Shown here: positions 47,760-56,886 of the stretch, one piece after another
Position numbering within the stretch: the first letter of the stretch is position 1
Layout of the letters: each line of letters starts with the position of its first letter
From: an uncultured Dechloromonas sp.
GTDB lineage: Bacteria > Pseudomonadota > Gammaproteobacteria > Burkholderiales > Rhodocyclaceae
DNA length: 64,000 bases
Assembly (NCBI RefSeq): GCF_945957265.1
Contig: NZ_CAMFKO010000017.1
Location: 7,458 to 71,457, forward strand
Direction of reading: 5' to 3'
The notes under the pieces: model-generated
Database searches by the model: none
What the model was told of the DNA's origin: nothing
The model's input: the letters and a program-made list of their open reading frames with translations, nothing else
Position numbers and translations under genes: made by a program

Positions 47760-49070
47760 TTAGCGCAGGTTCACCAGCGTCTGCATGACCTGGTCCTGCG
47801 TCTTGATCGACTGGGCATTGGCCTGGTAGTTGCGCTGCTGGGTGATCAGGTTGACCAGTTCGGCCGTCAGGTCGACGTTGGACTCCTCGATGGTCGAGGA
47901 GGAAATGACCCCCAGGTTCGAGGTGTTGGGGGCACCGACCAGGGCCGGGCCGGATACCGAGGTTTCCGACCACTGGTTGTTGCCCAGCGCCTGCAGGCCG
48001 TTCGGGTTGGTGAAGTTGGCCAGCACGACCTGCCCCTGGGCAAAGGTCTGGCCGTTGCTGTAGCGCCCCTGCACCACACCGTCGCTGCCGATGGACAGGC
48101 CGATCAGGTTGCCGGCGGCATAGCCGTCCTGCTCCAGGCGATTGGTGCCGAACGGGCTGCCGAACTGGGTGCTGCCGGTAAAGTCGATCGGAAAGGTCTG
48201 CGTCGCCTGGGCGCCGTTGGGCGGCTTGCTCTGGCTGGCCACGACATTACTGATATTGACCGTCACGTTCATCGGCGAACCGGAAGTGATCTGCCCGTTG
48301 GTACCGAAGGTCAGCGTGCCGATCGGGGCGGCGCCGCCGTTGTTCTGGTTGGTCGTCCCATCGACGTTGGCATAGACGTCCCACTGCCCCGACACCGCCG
48401 TCTTGCGGAAGTAGAAGGTCATGGTGTGGTCGTTGCCCAGCGAGTCGTACATCGACAGGGCGGTCGAGTAGTTGTAGGTCAGCGGGTCCGGCGTGAAGGC
48501 GGTGGTCGAGCCGGCGGCACCGCCGTTGACCCAGGGCGAGGTCGGCGTCGACTGCCGCGAATCGAGGTTCAGGTTGGCCTTGATGCCGTTGAAGCTGCTG
48601 CTCGTGTTGTAGCCGGTTGCCTTGGGCGACAGCGCGGAGGCGGAAATCTGCAGCGGCGCCGGGGTCGACGGCACGATGACGCCGGAAAGCGCCGCGTAGC
48701 CGGTCAGCTTCAGGTTCTGGTCATTGACGATATAGCCGTTCTTGTCGAGGTGGAACTGGCCGTTGCGGGTGTAGGTCGTCGCCCCGTTCTGGTCCATCTG
48801 GAAGAAGCCCGCGCCGTTGATCGAGACATCGAGCGCATTGCTGGTCGCCGTGATGTTGCCCTGGGTGAATTGCTGCTGCACGGCACCGAGATTCACACCG
48901 ATACCGATCTGGCTGGCGCCGGCACCGGCCAGCGATGCCGCATAGACGTCGCCGAAGTGGGTGACCGAAGCCTTGTAGCCGACCGTGCTCGAGTTGGCAA
49001 TGTTGTGGCTGGTCGCGTCAATCGCCTTGGAAGCAGTGTTCAGGCCGCTCAATGCTTGTTGGAATGCCAT
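47760..49070 (-). CDS. flgE: Flagellar hook protein FlgE
   Basis: MAFQQALSGLNTASKAIDATSHNIANSSTVGYK. Confidence 0.95.
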   Translation of the reverse strand: MAFQQALSGLNTASKAIDATSHNIANSSTVGYKASVTHFGDVYAASLAGAGASQIGIGVNLGAVQQQFTQGNITATSNALDVSINGAGFFQMDQNGATTYTRNGQFHLDKNGYIVNDQNLKLTGYAALSGVIVPSTPAPLQISASALSPKATGYNTSSSFNGIKANLNLDSRQSTPTSPWVNGGAAGSTTAFTPDPLTYNYSTALSMYDSLGNDHTMTFYFRKTAVSGQWDVYANVDGTTNQNNGGAAPIGTLTFGTNGQITSGSPMNVTVNISNVVASQSKPPNGAQATQTFPIDFTGSTQFGSPFGTNRLEQDGYAAGNLIGLSIGSDGVVQGRYSNGQTFAQGQVVLANFTNPNGLQALGNNQWSETSVSGPALVGAPNTSNLGVISSSTIEESNVDLTAELVNLITQQRNYQANAQSIKTQDQVMQTLVNLR

Positions 49071-49082
49071 TGCTGTTACCCC

Positions 49083-49769
49083 TTACAGAATTTGCTGGAC
49101 GTCCTTGAAGGCCACATCGCCCAAGGTACCCATATCGAGGATGAATCCGTCTTTGCTGCGAGTAACAGCAGAAACCGTGCCAATTTTCATTGCCGTCGCA
49201 TCGACCTTCTTGCCGGCTGCCGTGGCCTCGATGGCGAAGGTGTACTTCCCTTCGCTCATCGCGTTGCCGGCCTCGTCCTTGCCATCCCAGGAGAAGTACA
49301 TGATGCCGGCTTCCTGCGCACCGAGCTCTTTCGACTGCACGAGCTTGCCGCTGGCGTCCTTGATGGTCAGCGTCACCTTGTCCGCCGCGGCGGCCAGCGA
49401 GGCGCCACCGAAGGCCGTCTTGCCGGCAGCGAGCGGCAAACTGTTGCCGGCAACCATCACATTCTTGCCGATGATGCCTGCCGCCTGCATGCCCTGCGCC
49501 TCGTTGTAGCCGCTCAGCAACTGCGACAGGGTAGCGTTGAGCTTTTCGATGCCATTCACCGTATTCAGCTGGGCAAGCTGGGTGGTGACCGCGGCGTTAT
49601 CCATCGGATTCAGCGGATCCTGATTCTTGATCTGGGTCATCAGCAACGTCAGGAAGCGATCTTCCATTTCCGCCGTCGTGCTGGTCGAGCTTGTTTTCTT
49701 GGTGCCGTTGATATTTGCAAAGATATCGGCAGCCGTGTTCGTTGTGGTGTTGGTGACGCTGGAAGCCAT
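49083..49769 (-). CDS. flgD: Hook capping/assembly protein FlgD
   Basis: FLTLLMTQIKNQDPLNPMDN. Confidence 0.93.
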   Translation of the reverse strand: MASSVTNTTTNTAADIFANINGTKKTSSTSTTAEMEDRFLTLLMTQIKNQDPLNPMDNAAVTTQLAQLNTVNGIEKLNATLSQLLSGYNEAQGMQAAGIIGKNVMVAGNSLPLAAGKTAFGGASLAAAADKVTLTIKDASGKLVQSKELGAQEAGIMYFSWDGKDEAGNAMSEGKYTFAIEATAAGKKVDATAMKIGTVSAVTRSKDGFILDMGTLGDVAFKDVQQIL

Positions 49770-49790
49770 TTCTACTCTCCTCGACGAGTC

Positions 49791-50204
49791 TTAGCCCTGG
49801 GCGATCTGCAGGGTACGCAGCAGCATGGCCTTGGCGGTGTTCATGACCTCGACGTTGGTCTGATACGAACGCGAGGCGGAAATCATGTTGGTCATTTCCT
49901 CGACCACATTGACGTTGGAAAACGCGACATAGCCCTTGTCGTCGGCTGCCGGGTTCTTGGGGTCGTACACCATGCGCGGCGGCGAAGCGTCATCGACCAC
50001 CTGGCGCACCCGAACCCCCTTCGACAATTCGCCGGCACCGCCCATCGGCGTCGCCTCGAAGACGACCTGTTTGGCGCGATAGGGCTTGCCGTCCGAGGAA
50101 ACGATGCTGTCGGCGTTGGCCAGGTTGGAGGCCACGGCATTGAGACGCATCGATTGCGCCGTCATGGCGCTGGAAGAAACCTTGAATACGTTGAGCAGAC
50201 TCAT
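49791..50204 (-). CDS. flgC: Proximal rod protein FlgC
   Basis: MSLLNVFKVSSSAMTAQSMRLNAVASNLANADS. The start was trimmed to ATG 50202-50204. Confidence 0.93.
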   Translation of the reverse strand: MSLLNVFKVSSSAMTAQSMRLNAVASNLANADSIVSSDGKPYRAKQVVFEATPMGGAGELSKGVRVRQVVDDASPPRMVYDPKNPAADDKGYVAFSNVNVVEEMTNMISASRSYQTNVEVMNTAKAMLLRTLQIAQG

Positions 50205-50214
50205 CTGTCGTCCC

Positions 50215-50625
50215 TTAGGCGTTGTTTGAAGCCAGGGCACTGCGGATACCCTTGAACTTGTCGCTGATCAGCTGGGTCAGGATCTGGTACTGCATGGCGT
50301 TCTCGGCGATCTGGGTGCGCTCGACATCCATGTCCACCGTGTTGCCGTCCACCGCCGACTGGGTTTCCTTGCGGTACTGGAGCGCCGCCGACCCGCTCGC
50401 CGAGCCGCCCGCGATATGGCCGGCAGCGGTACGCGCCAGCGCCACACCGCCGGCCTGCGCGCGGCCGCCCATCGCATTCTGCATGGCGGTCTCGAAGCTG
50501 AAATCGCGCGCCTTGTAGTGCGGGGTATCGGCATTGGCGATATTGGAGGCCAGCACCTGGTGGCGCTGGGTCCGCAGGTTGAGCGCCTGGCTGTAGACTG
50601 AAATGCTTTGTTCGATGCTTGCCAT
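50215..50625 (-). CDS. flgB: Proximal rod protein FlgB
   Basis: LRTQRHQVLASNIANADTPHYKARD. The start was trimmed to ATG 50623-50625, which has a GGAG RBS. Confidence 0.93.
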   Translation of the reverse strand: MASIEQSISVYSQALNLRTQRHQVLASNIANADTPHYKARDFSFETAMQNAMGGRAQAGGVALARTAAGHIAGGSASGSAALQYRKETQSAVDGNTVDMDVERTQIAENAMQYQILTQLISDKFKGIRSALASNNA

Positions 50626-50654
50626 GATGGACTCCGGATGATCAGTCTGTGGAT

Positions 50655-50670
50655 AGCACGCTCCGTGCCA
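50655..50670 (-). promoter_or_regulatory. Sigma-54 promoter of the flgB operon
   Basis: The minus strand reads TGGCACGGAGCGTGCT, one mismatch from TGGCACG-N4-TTGCW. It lies ~30 nt upstream of the flgB ATG. Confidence 0.7.
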
Positions 50671-50768
50671 TGGCCGGCAAACGGCAATTTGCCCGCTTCC
50701 CGGCAAAGTCCTCGGCAATTCTTGCCGGAAGACATGCAGCATCCTGATTGCTCAGGCAAAATGTACGG

Positions 50769-51443
50769 ATGATCCGCTACCTGGCATCCCTGTTCCTCCT
50801 GGTTTCCGCCGCCACCGGCCACGCCGCGGAAACCGATCTCGTCGTCGACACGGCCGAGCGCTACGTTCGACAGCAGACGCAAGGCCTGCCGGGCAAGGTC
50901 CAGATCAAGATGGGCAGCCTGGATGTCGCCCGCCTGCCCCCATGCACCGCCCACGAGGCCTTTTCGCCCGCCGGCGCCCGGCTCAGCGGCAAGACCCATG
51001 TCGGCGTGCGCTGCCTGGGGCCGGCGATCTGGAGCGTTCTGGTGCCCGTGCACATCGCCATCACCGGCAACTACGTCACCACCGGCCGCCCCCTTGCCGC
51101 CGGCCAAACCATTGCCGCCGGCGACCTGATCGTCAGCACGGGAGACTTGAGCGCCATGCCGGCCGGCATTCTCGGCGACCCGCAACAGGCCATCGGCAAG
51201 ACCTTGCGCAACTCGCTCGGCGCCGGCCAGCCGCTGCGCTCCGACCAGCTCGTCGCGCCGCTGGTCATCCGGCAGGGGCAGACAGTCCGCGTCATCTCGG
51301 CAGGCCCGGGATTTGCTGTCAGTTCCGAAGGCAAGGCCATGAACAACGCCACCGAGGGGCAGATCGCGCAGATCCGGATGGGTTCCGGGCAAACCGTCAG
51401 CGGCGTGGCCAAAGCCGACGGTAGTGTAGAAATATCTTTTTAG
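50769..51443 (+). CDS. flgA: P-ring assembly chaperone FlgA
   Basis: It has a signal peptide and a SAF-like C-terminus, and it is divergent from flgB. The ATG is at 50769. Confidence 0.85.
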   Translation: MIRYLASLFLLVSAATGHAAETDLVVDTAERYVRQQTQGLPGKVQIKMGSLDVARLPPCTAHEAFSPAGARLSGKTHVGVRCLGPAIWSVLVPVHIAITGNYVTTGRPLAAGQTIAAGDLIVSTGDLSAMPAGILGDPQQAIGKTLRNSLGAGQPLRSDQLVAPLVIRQGQTVRVISAGPGFAVSSEGKAMNNATEGQIAQIRMGSGQTVSGVAKADGSVEISF

Positions 51444-51445
51444 GC

Positions 51446-51472
51446 TAAAGTTCTGTCTCGAACGGTCGTTAA
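51446..51472 (+). promoter_or_regulatory. Sigma-28 promoter of flgMN
   Basis: TAAA (51446-49), a 15-nt spacer, then GTCGTTAA (51465-72). The extended motif CTAAAGTTCT...GGTCGTTAA is shared with the fliC promoter. Confidence 0.7.
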
Positions 51473-51496
51473 CAGGATTGAGCAAAAAGTTTTGAG

Positions 51497-51793
51497 ATGA
51501 TCACCATGAAGATCGACAACAGTTACAAGCCTACGACGACCGGCATTCCGAGCAAGCCATCGACTGCCCAGGCAGCCGTTGCGACACCGGCACAGGACGC
51601 TGTCAGCCTGAGCCAGGTGGCGGGCAGCCTGAACGCGGGCGCCAACCAGCCCCCGGTCAATACGGCGCGCATCCAGGAAATCAAGCAGGCTATTTCGGAA
51701 GGTCGTTTCAAGATCAATCCGGAAGCGATTGCCGACCGCCTGATCGAATCGACCCGCGACCTGCTCAACAGCAACGGCAAGCGCCAGGCCTGA
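51497..51793 (+). CDS. flgM: Anti-sigma-28 factor FlgM
   Basis: RIQEIKQAISEGRFKINPEAIADRLI. Confidence 0.9.
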   Translation: MITMKIDNSYKPTTTGIPSKPSTAQAAVATPAQDAVSLSQVAGSLNAGANQPPVNTARIQEIKQAISEGRFKINPEAIADRLIESTRDLLNSNGKRQA

Positions 51794-52257
51794 TGTCCGA
51801 CATTGCCGGCATCCTGGCCCGGGAAATTGAACTGGTTTCCCGGTTCATCTCGCTGCTCGACAACGAACAGGACAGCCTGAAAAGAGCCGATGCCGACAGC
51901 CTGCAAGCGATCACCGCCGAAAAAGGCCCGCTGATTGCGCTGATGAACGGCGCCGAAGCCGAGCGCACGGCTGCCCTCGGTGCCGTCGGGCACCCCGACG
52001 CCAAGTCCGGCATGCAGCGCTGGCTTGCAGACAACGCCGGCGATGCCGCAGCCGCCGCAAACTGGCGGAAACTCCTGGAACTGGCCCGCGAAGCCAAGAC
52101 ATTGCACGACCTGAACATCCAGCTGGTCGCCATGCACCTCAAGAACGCCACCGAGGCGCTCGCCATCCTGACCCAGCCGCCGGAATCGTCGAGCCTCTAC
52201 GGATCGAGCGGCCAGACCATGAGCAGTTCCGGCAGCCGCATCGTCGACTCGGCCTGA
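51793..52257 (+). CDS. flgN: FlgK/FlgL chaperone FlgN
   Basis: Called from its position after flgM (TGATG overlap) and a helical 154-aa protein. Confidence 0.8.
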   Translation: MSDIAGILAREIELVSRFISLLDNEQDSLKRADADSLQAITAEKGPLIALMNGAEAERTAALGAVGHPDAKSGMQRWLADNAGDAAAAANWRKLLELAREAKTLHDLNIQLVAMHLKNATEALAILTQPPESSSLYGSSGQTMSSSGSRIVDSA

Positions 52258-52266
52258 ACAAGCGGC

Positions 52267-53064
52267 CTACTGGCCCGAACGCAGCTCCTTCACTTCCGTC
52301 GGCTCCTCCGGGCGGTTCGAGTCGATCAGGATGCTGACCCGGCGGTTCCTGGCCCGCCCTTCCAAAGTCGTATTCGTTTCGAGCGGCCGCGTTTCGCCGT
52401 AGCCGATGGCGGTCAGGCGCTCGGCACCGACCCCGCCGTCGTTGAACAGCCTGAGCACCGTCGTGGCACGCATGGCCGACAGCTCCCAGTTTGACGGGAA
52501 TTGGGCGGTGGCGATCGGTACGTTGTCGGTATGCCCCTCGATCGTGATCGGGAAGTCCGAGTCGGCCAGGACCTGGGCGATGGCCTGCATCGCGCTGATC
52601 GACGCCGGTTGCAGCCTGGCCTGCCCGGCCGGGAAAAGAATGCTGTCGTTGATCTCGACCGTGACGCCGCGACTGGTTTCGAGCAGCTTGACCTTGCCCT
52701 GGGCAATCAAAGGCTGCAGCGCATTCTTGATATCGTCGGCGACATTGCGCATTTTCTGCCGCTGTTCGGTCTTCTTTTCTTCCGTCTTCTTCTGGTCGGG
52801 AAGCTTGTCGGGCTTGGCAATCGGCTTGACCGGCAGGAGCGGCGCGCCCTGGATGGTCGCAATCGGCTGCCCCCCGGGCTGCCCGGTCGTGTTCTTGAAG
52901 GCGTTGGTCAGGGAATTGGAGAGGACCTTGTATTTCCCCTCATTCACCGACGAGATGGCATACATGACCACGAAAAAGGCGAACAGCAGGGTGATGAAGT
53001 CGGCGTAGGAAACCAGCCACCGCTCGTGGTTTTCGTGCTCCTCCTCGCGCCGGCGCCGGGCCAT
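52267..53064 (-). CDS. motB: Flagellar stator protein MotB/MotD (OmpA-like)
   Basis: WLVSYADFITLLFAFFVVMYAIS is the plug/TM segment, with an OmpA C-terminal domain. Confidence 0.9.
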   Translation of the reverse strand: MARRRREEEHENHERWLVSYADFITLLFAFFVVMYAISSVNEGKYKVLSNSLTNAFKNTTGQPGGQPIATIQGAPLLPVKPIAKPDKLPDQKKTEEKKTEQRQKMRNVADDIKNALQPLIAQGKVKLLETSRGVTVEINDSILFPAGQARLQPASISAMQAIAQVLADSDFPITIEGHTDNVPIATAQFPSNWELSAMRATTVLRLFNDGGVGAERLTAIGYGETRPLETNTTLEGRARNRRVSILIDSNRPEEPTEVKELRSGQ

Positions 53065-53804
53065 CAGTGCAGATAGCCCTTGAGGCGGCCTTCGATGATG
53101 CGCGGGTTGTCGCCCACGGCGATGCCGACCAGCCCATCGACCAGCATTTCACGGGTCGCCACCATGCGGCCGATGTAGTACTTCAGCTTCCCGGCGATCG
53201 GCAGGTAGACCAGGTTGGCCAGGCCGACGCCATAGATCGTGGCGACAAAGGCTACCGCGATCCCGGCCCCGAGCTTGGTCGGATCGGACAGGTTTTCCAT
53301 CACGTGGATCAGCCCCATCACCGCCCCGAGAATGCCGATGGTCGGCGAATAGCCGCCCGCCGACTCCCAAATCTTGGCGGACTGCCGCAACTCGTCCTCG
53401 TAGGTGTCGATCTCGACCTCGAGCAACTCGCGGATACGCTCGGGGTCCGCGCCGTCGACCAACAGCTGCAGGCCGCGCCGGGTGAATTCGTCCTTGACGC
53501 GGGGCATCTGGTTTTCCAGCGCCAGCAAGCCCTCGCGGCGCGACAGCTGGCTCCACATCAGCACTTGCTCGATCAGGCGCTTCTGCTCGATCACCGGCGG
53601 CACCCAGACCCACTTCACCATCCGCATGCCGCGCCGGAAGACATGGATCGGGCTCTGCAGCAGCACGGCCCCCAGCGTGCCGCCGAGGACGATCAACAGC
53701 GCCGTCGGCTGGACCAGCGAGCCGACGTGCCCGCCTTCGAGATACTGGCCGCCGACGATGGCAAACAATCCGATGGCCAGGCCGGCCAGGCTGATCTTAT
53801 CCAC
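53064..53804 (-). CDS. motA: Flagellar stator protein MotA/MotC
   Basis: It has four TM helices and a MotA/PomA-like segment, IGILGAVMGLIHVMENL. Confidence 0.9.
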   Translation of the reverse strand: MDKISLAGLAIGLFAIVGGQYLEGGHVGSLVQPTALLIVLGGTLGAVLLQSPIHVFRRGMRMVKWVWVPPVIEQKRLIEQVLMWSQLSRREGLLALENQMPRVKDEFTRRGLQLLVDGADPERIRELLEVEIDTYEDELRQSAKIWESAGGYSPTIGILGAVMGLIHVMENLSDPTKLGAGIAVAFVATIYGVGLANLVYLPIAGKLKYYIGRMVATREMLVDGLVGIAVGDNPRIIEGRLKGYLH

Positions 53805-54549
53805 CGACGCGCTCCTTGCGTCGCCTGACGGCCTTTGGCACCTCGCCGGCCATTCGGGTACGCAAGCGGGCGATGGCCTGACTGTGCAGCTGGCAGACGC
53901 GCGACTCGCTGACGCCCATGACCTCGCCGATTTCCCGGAGATTGAGATCCTGCTCGTAGTAAAGCGCCATCATCAGCTTCTCCCGTTCGGGCAGATCGCC
54001 GATGGCTGCCACCAGCAGCGTCTTCATGCCCTGATCCTCGAGTATCGCCGCCGGATCGGCATTGTTGTCGGTGAAGTGACGCTCCAGGAAGTCGTCGTCA
54101 TCCTCGCCCGAGAAGTCCTCGAAATAGACCAGCTGGTGACCGCGCGCATCGTGCAGGGTCTTCTGGTAGTCGGCCAGCGAAAGACCCAGCGCATCGGCCA
54201 GTTCGCGCTCGGAAGGCGCGCGCCCATGCGTGTGCTCGAGCTGGTTGATCGCCGTTTCGATGCGGCGCAGTTCCCGCCTCAGATTCCGGGGCAACCAGTC
54301 GTTTTCCCGAAGGCCGTCGAGCATGGCGCCGCGCACGCGCTGCGTGGCATAGGTTTCGAACTGCGCCCCGAAACCCTCCTGGTAACGGTCGATGGCATCC
54401 AGCAGGCCGATCATCCCGTTCTGGACCAGGTCGTCGAACTGCACGCTGGGCGGCAGGCGGGCCATCAAATGATAGGCGACACGTTTCACCAGCGGCACGA
54501 AGCGCTGAACCAGCTGTTCCCTGTCTGGCTGCCCGGCAGCGGTATACAT
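53797..54549 (-). CDS. fliA: Flagellar sigma factor FliA (sigma-28)
   Basis: Region 2 is DDLVQNGMIGLLDAIDRY. Region 4 is LNLREIGEVMGVSESRVCQLHSQA. The start was trimmed to ATG 54547-54549 (ATGA overlap with the flhG stop). Confidence 0.93.
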   Translation of the reverse strand: MYTAAGQPDREQLVQRFVPLVKRVAYHLMARLPPSVQFDDLVQNGMIGLLDAIDRYQEGFGAQFETYATQRVRGAMLDGLRENDWLPRNLRRELRRIETAINQLEHTHGRAPSERELADALGLSLADYQKTLHDARGHQLVYFEDFSGEDDDDFLERHFTDNNADPAAILEDQGMKTLLVAAIGDLPEREKLMMALYYEQDLNLREIGEVMGVSESRVCQLHSQAIARLRTRMAGEVPKAVRRRKERVGG

Positions 54550-55439
54550 CAGGCTCGTAATACGTTGGGAGTTATGCGTTGGCTCAAGTGTAGCAGTTGC
54601 TGCATGAACTGCTCGACTCCGCCCGCCTCGCTTTCGCTGCGCTGCCAATACAGCATGTCCGAAGCGATATCGCGGAACGCCGCGGCCGCTGCCGAATCCG
54701 GAGCCTGAACCAGCACCGGACGGCACAACTGGGCGGCCAGACGCAGGGATTCGTCGAGCGGAACGGCACCGGCGTAGTCCAGGCGGGCGATACCCCGCTG
54801 CGCGGCGACCTGCGCGATGTTCTCGTAGATCGAGCGGGCATCGGGCTGGCTGCGCACCTTGTTCACCAGGATGCGGAAATGCTTGCGGGAAAAGGCGTGG
54901 CTCACCTTCTTGATCAGCGAATACGCTTCGGTGATCGAGGCGCTGCTCCCGGAAAGAACGACGACCGCCTCCTGGGCCGCTATGCCGAACGGGGAAAAGC
55001 CGTGGGGATGCGCCATGCTGGCATCGACCAGAATCACATCGACCGGCCGCTCGAGGCCCGACATGGCATCGAGCAGGGTCTGCTGCTGGTGCAGTGACAG
55101 ACGCCCCAGCTTCTTCACCGCGCGGGCCGCCGGCAGGACGCGAAGGCCGTGCATCGGCTGCAGCAGCACTTGCGACAGCGGCAATTCGCGCTGCACGACA
55201 TTGAGCAGGTCGCTGCGCGCGACCAGGCCGAAGGTGGAAGCGATGTCATCGCCCGGCGCATGCTCGTCGATGATCAGCACTTCCTTGCCGAGGCGCGCCA
55301 GGGCCACGCCGATGTTGGCCACGGCGACGCTGCGCCCGACGCCTTCGCAGCCGGCGACGAAGGTGACGACCTGAAGTTGCTGCCCGCCCCCGAGAAGACG
55401 ACGCAGGCCGGCAGCCTGGTCGACGCGAAAATCAGCCAC
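54549..55439 (-). CDS. flhG: FlhG/FleN-like MinD-family protein with a degenerate P-loop
   Basis: It sits between flhF and fliA and has a MinD/ParA-like fold. The Walker A region reads AGCEGVGRS instead of GKGGVGKT. Confidence 0.75.
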   Translation of the reverse strand: MADFRVDQAAGLRRLLGGGQQLQVVTFVAGCEGVGRSVAVANIGVALARLGKEVLIIDEHAPGDDIASTFGLVARSDLLNVVQRELPLSQVLLQPMHGLRVLPAARAVKKLGRLSLHQQQTLLDAMSGLERPVDVILVDASMAHPHGFSPFGIAAQEAVVVLSGSSASITEAYSLIKKVSHAFSRKHFRILVNKVRSQPDARSIYENIAQVAAQRGIARLDYAGAVPLDESLRLAAQLCRPVLVQAPDSAAAAAFRDIASDMLYWQRSESEAGGVEQFMQQLLHLSQRITPNVLRA

Positions 55440-56886
55440 GACGTCCTCCAGCCGCGACCATGCCGGCGTTGGCCATCATCATCGCCGGCTCGATCCCGTC
55501 GTACTTGTGCGGAGAGGCTTCCGGCACGTCCTTGAAGGCGCGGTGCAGCAGGTAACTGCGGTTCGGGAGATGGATATCCTCCGGCACGCGCTGTCCGTTC
55601 GACACGTAGAGCAGCCTGAGGCTGTGCCGCATGATCACGTCGAGCGCCGTGGCCAGGCTCGCCGCCTCGTCGATCTTGGTCAGGATGCAACCGGCCAGCG
55701 AGTCGCCGGCATAGGCACGCACCACATCGTCCAGGGTATCGCCGCGCGCCGTCGAATTGAGCAGCAGCAGGCGCTGCACGTCGCACCCGGCCAGCATGTC
55801 GGTCAGCTCCGGAACCAGCTTGTCCTTCTGGCTCATCCCCATGGTGTCGATCAAGACCATGTGCTTGTGCTGCAATTCGTTGAGCGTCTGGCGCAGCTCC
55901 GCCGCATCCTTGACCAGATGCACGGACACCCCGAGGATGCGGCCATAGATGCGCAACTGCTCGTGGGCGCCGATACGGTAGCCGTCGGTGGTCACCAGCG
56001 CCACCTTGCTCGGCCCGTGGCGCAGCACGCAGCGCGCGGCCAGCTTGGCCGTCGTCGTCGTCTTGCCGACGCCGGTCGGCCCGACCAGCGCATAGACGCC
56101 ACCCCGGTCGACGATGTCGTTTTCGTTGCCCAGCGTCATCAGCGAACGATCGGCCGCGCCTTTGACCCAGGCCATGGCTTCGACGGCGCTCATGTCCACC
56201 GGCAGATCGGACAACAGGTCGCGGGCGAATTGCGGCGAGAACCCGGCATCGAGCATCTGGCGAAGGATGTCGGTCTTCACCGGCTCCGAACGCGCCACCT
56301 CGCCCCAGGCAAAGCCGGCCAGATGCTGCTCGACGATCTTGCGCAGCGAACGGATTTCCTCCATGACCTCCATCGGCACGACCTCCGCCTCGGCACGTCG
56401 CACTGCGGCAGGCTGCTGCGGGATGGCGGGCGCGGCGGCCGGTGCCGGGCGCTGCTGTGCGGGCGGCGGCGACGGGCGCGTCATTTCCAGGTTGCGCAAG
56501 GCGCCGGTCTTGGGAATGCCGGCATTGACGGTTGCCGCCGGCTTGCCCAGGAAAGCGTGATTCGCGGTCGGCCGGGGCGCCTGCTGCGGCGCCGAAGGCA
56601 CCGCCATCGGCGGCGTCGGCTGCGAAATGCGGGCACGGGCCGAATTGAGCACGACCCGGTAATCATCCTCAGCGTCGATCTTCGGTTGCGGGCGTTGTTG
56701 CACCGGCGCGCTGTCGGCCACCGGTGTCGGCACGATCATGGCCATGTCCCGGGCGGCGACAGCCATGATCTCCACGCCACCGGGGACGCCCCGGTTGGAG
56801 AGGATGATCGCGTCGTTGCCCAGGGTCTCCTTGACCTTCCTCAAGGCATCCCTTGCGTTGGCGGCGATGAATTTTCTGACGTTCAT
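55432..56886 (-). CDS. flhF: Flagellar SRP-type GTPase FlhF
   Basis: G1 is GPTGVGKTTTTAKLA. DTMG and TKIDE are also present. Confidence 0.93.
   Translation of the reverse strand: MNVRKFIAANARDALRKVKETLGNDAIILSNRGVPGGVEIMAVAARDMAMIVPTPVADSAPVQQRPQPKIDAEDDYRVVLNSARARISQPTPPMAVPSAPQQAPRPTANHAFLGKPAATVNAGIPKTGALRNLEMTRPSPPPAQQRPAPAAAPAIPQQPAAVRRAEAEVVPMEVMEEIRSLRKIVEQHLAGFAWGEVARSEPVKTDILRQMLDAGFSPQFARDLLSDLPVDMSAVEAMAWVKGAADRSLMTLGNENDIVDRGGVYALVGPTGVGKTTTTAKLAARCVLRHGPSKVALVTTDGYRIGAHEQLRIYGRILGVSVHLVKDAAELRQTLNELQHKHMVLIDTMGMSQKDKLVPELTDMLAGCDVQRLLLLNSTARGDTLDDVVRAYAGDSLAGCILTKIDEAASLATALDVIMRHSLRLLYVSNGQRVPEDIHLPNRSYLLHRAFKDVPEASPHKYDGIEPAMMMANAGMVAAGGRRG

Noticed and set aside
46878-50255. 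1125-aa ORF on the plus strand spanning flgG to flgB
   Set aside because: It is antisense to seven unmistakable flg genes. The composition (R/G/A/D/V runs) is typical of GC-rich antisense frames.
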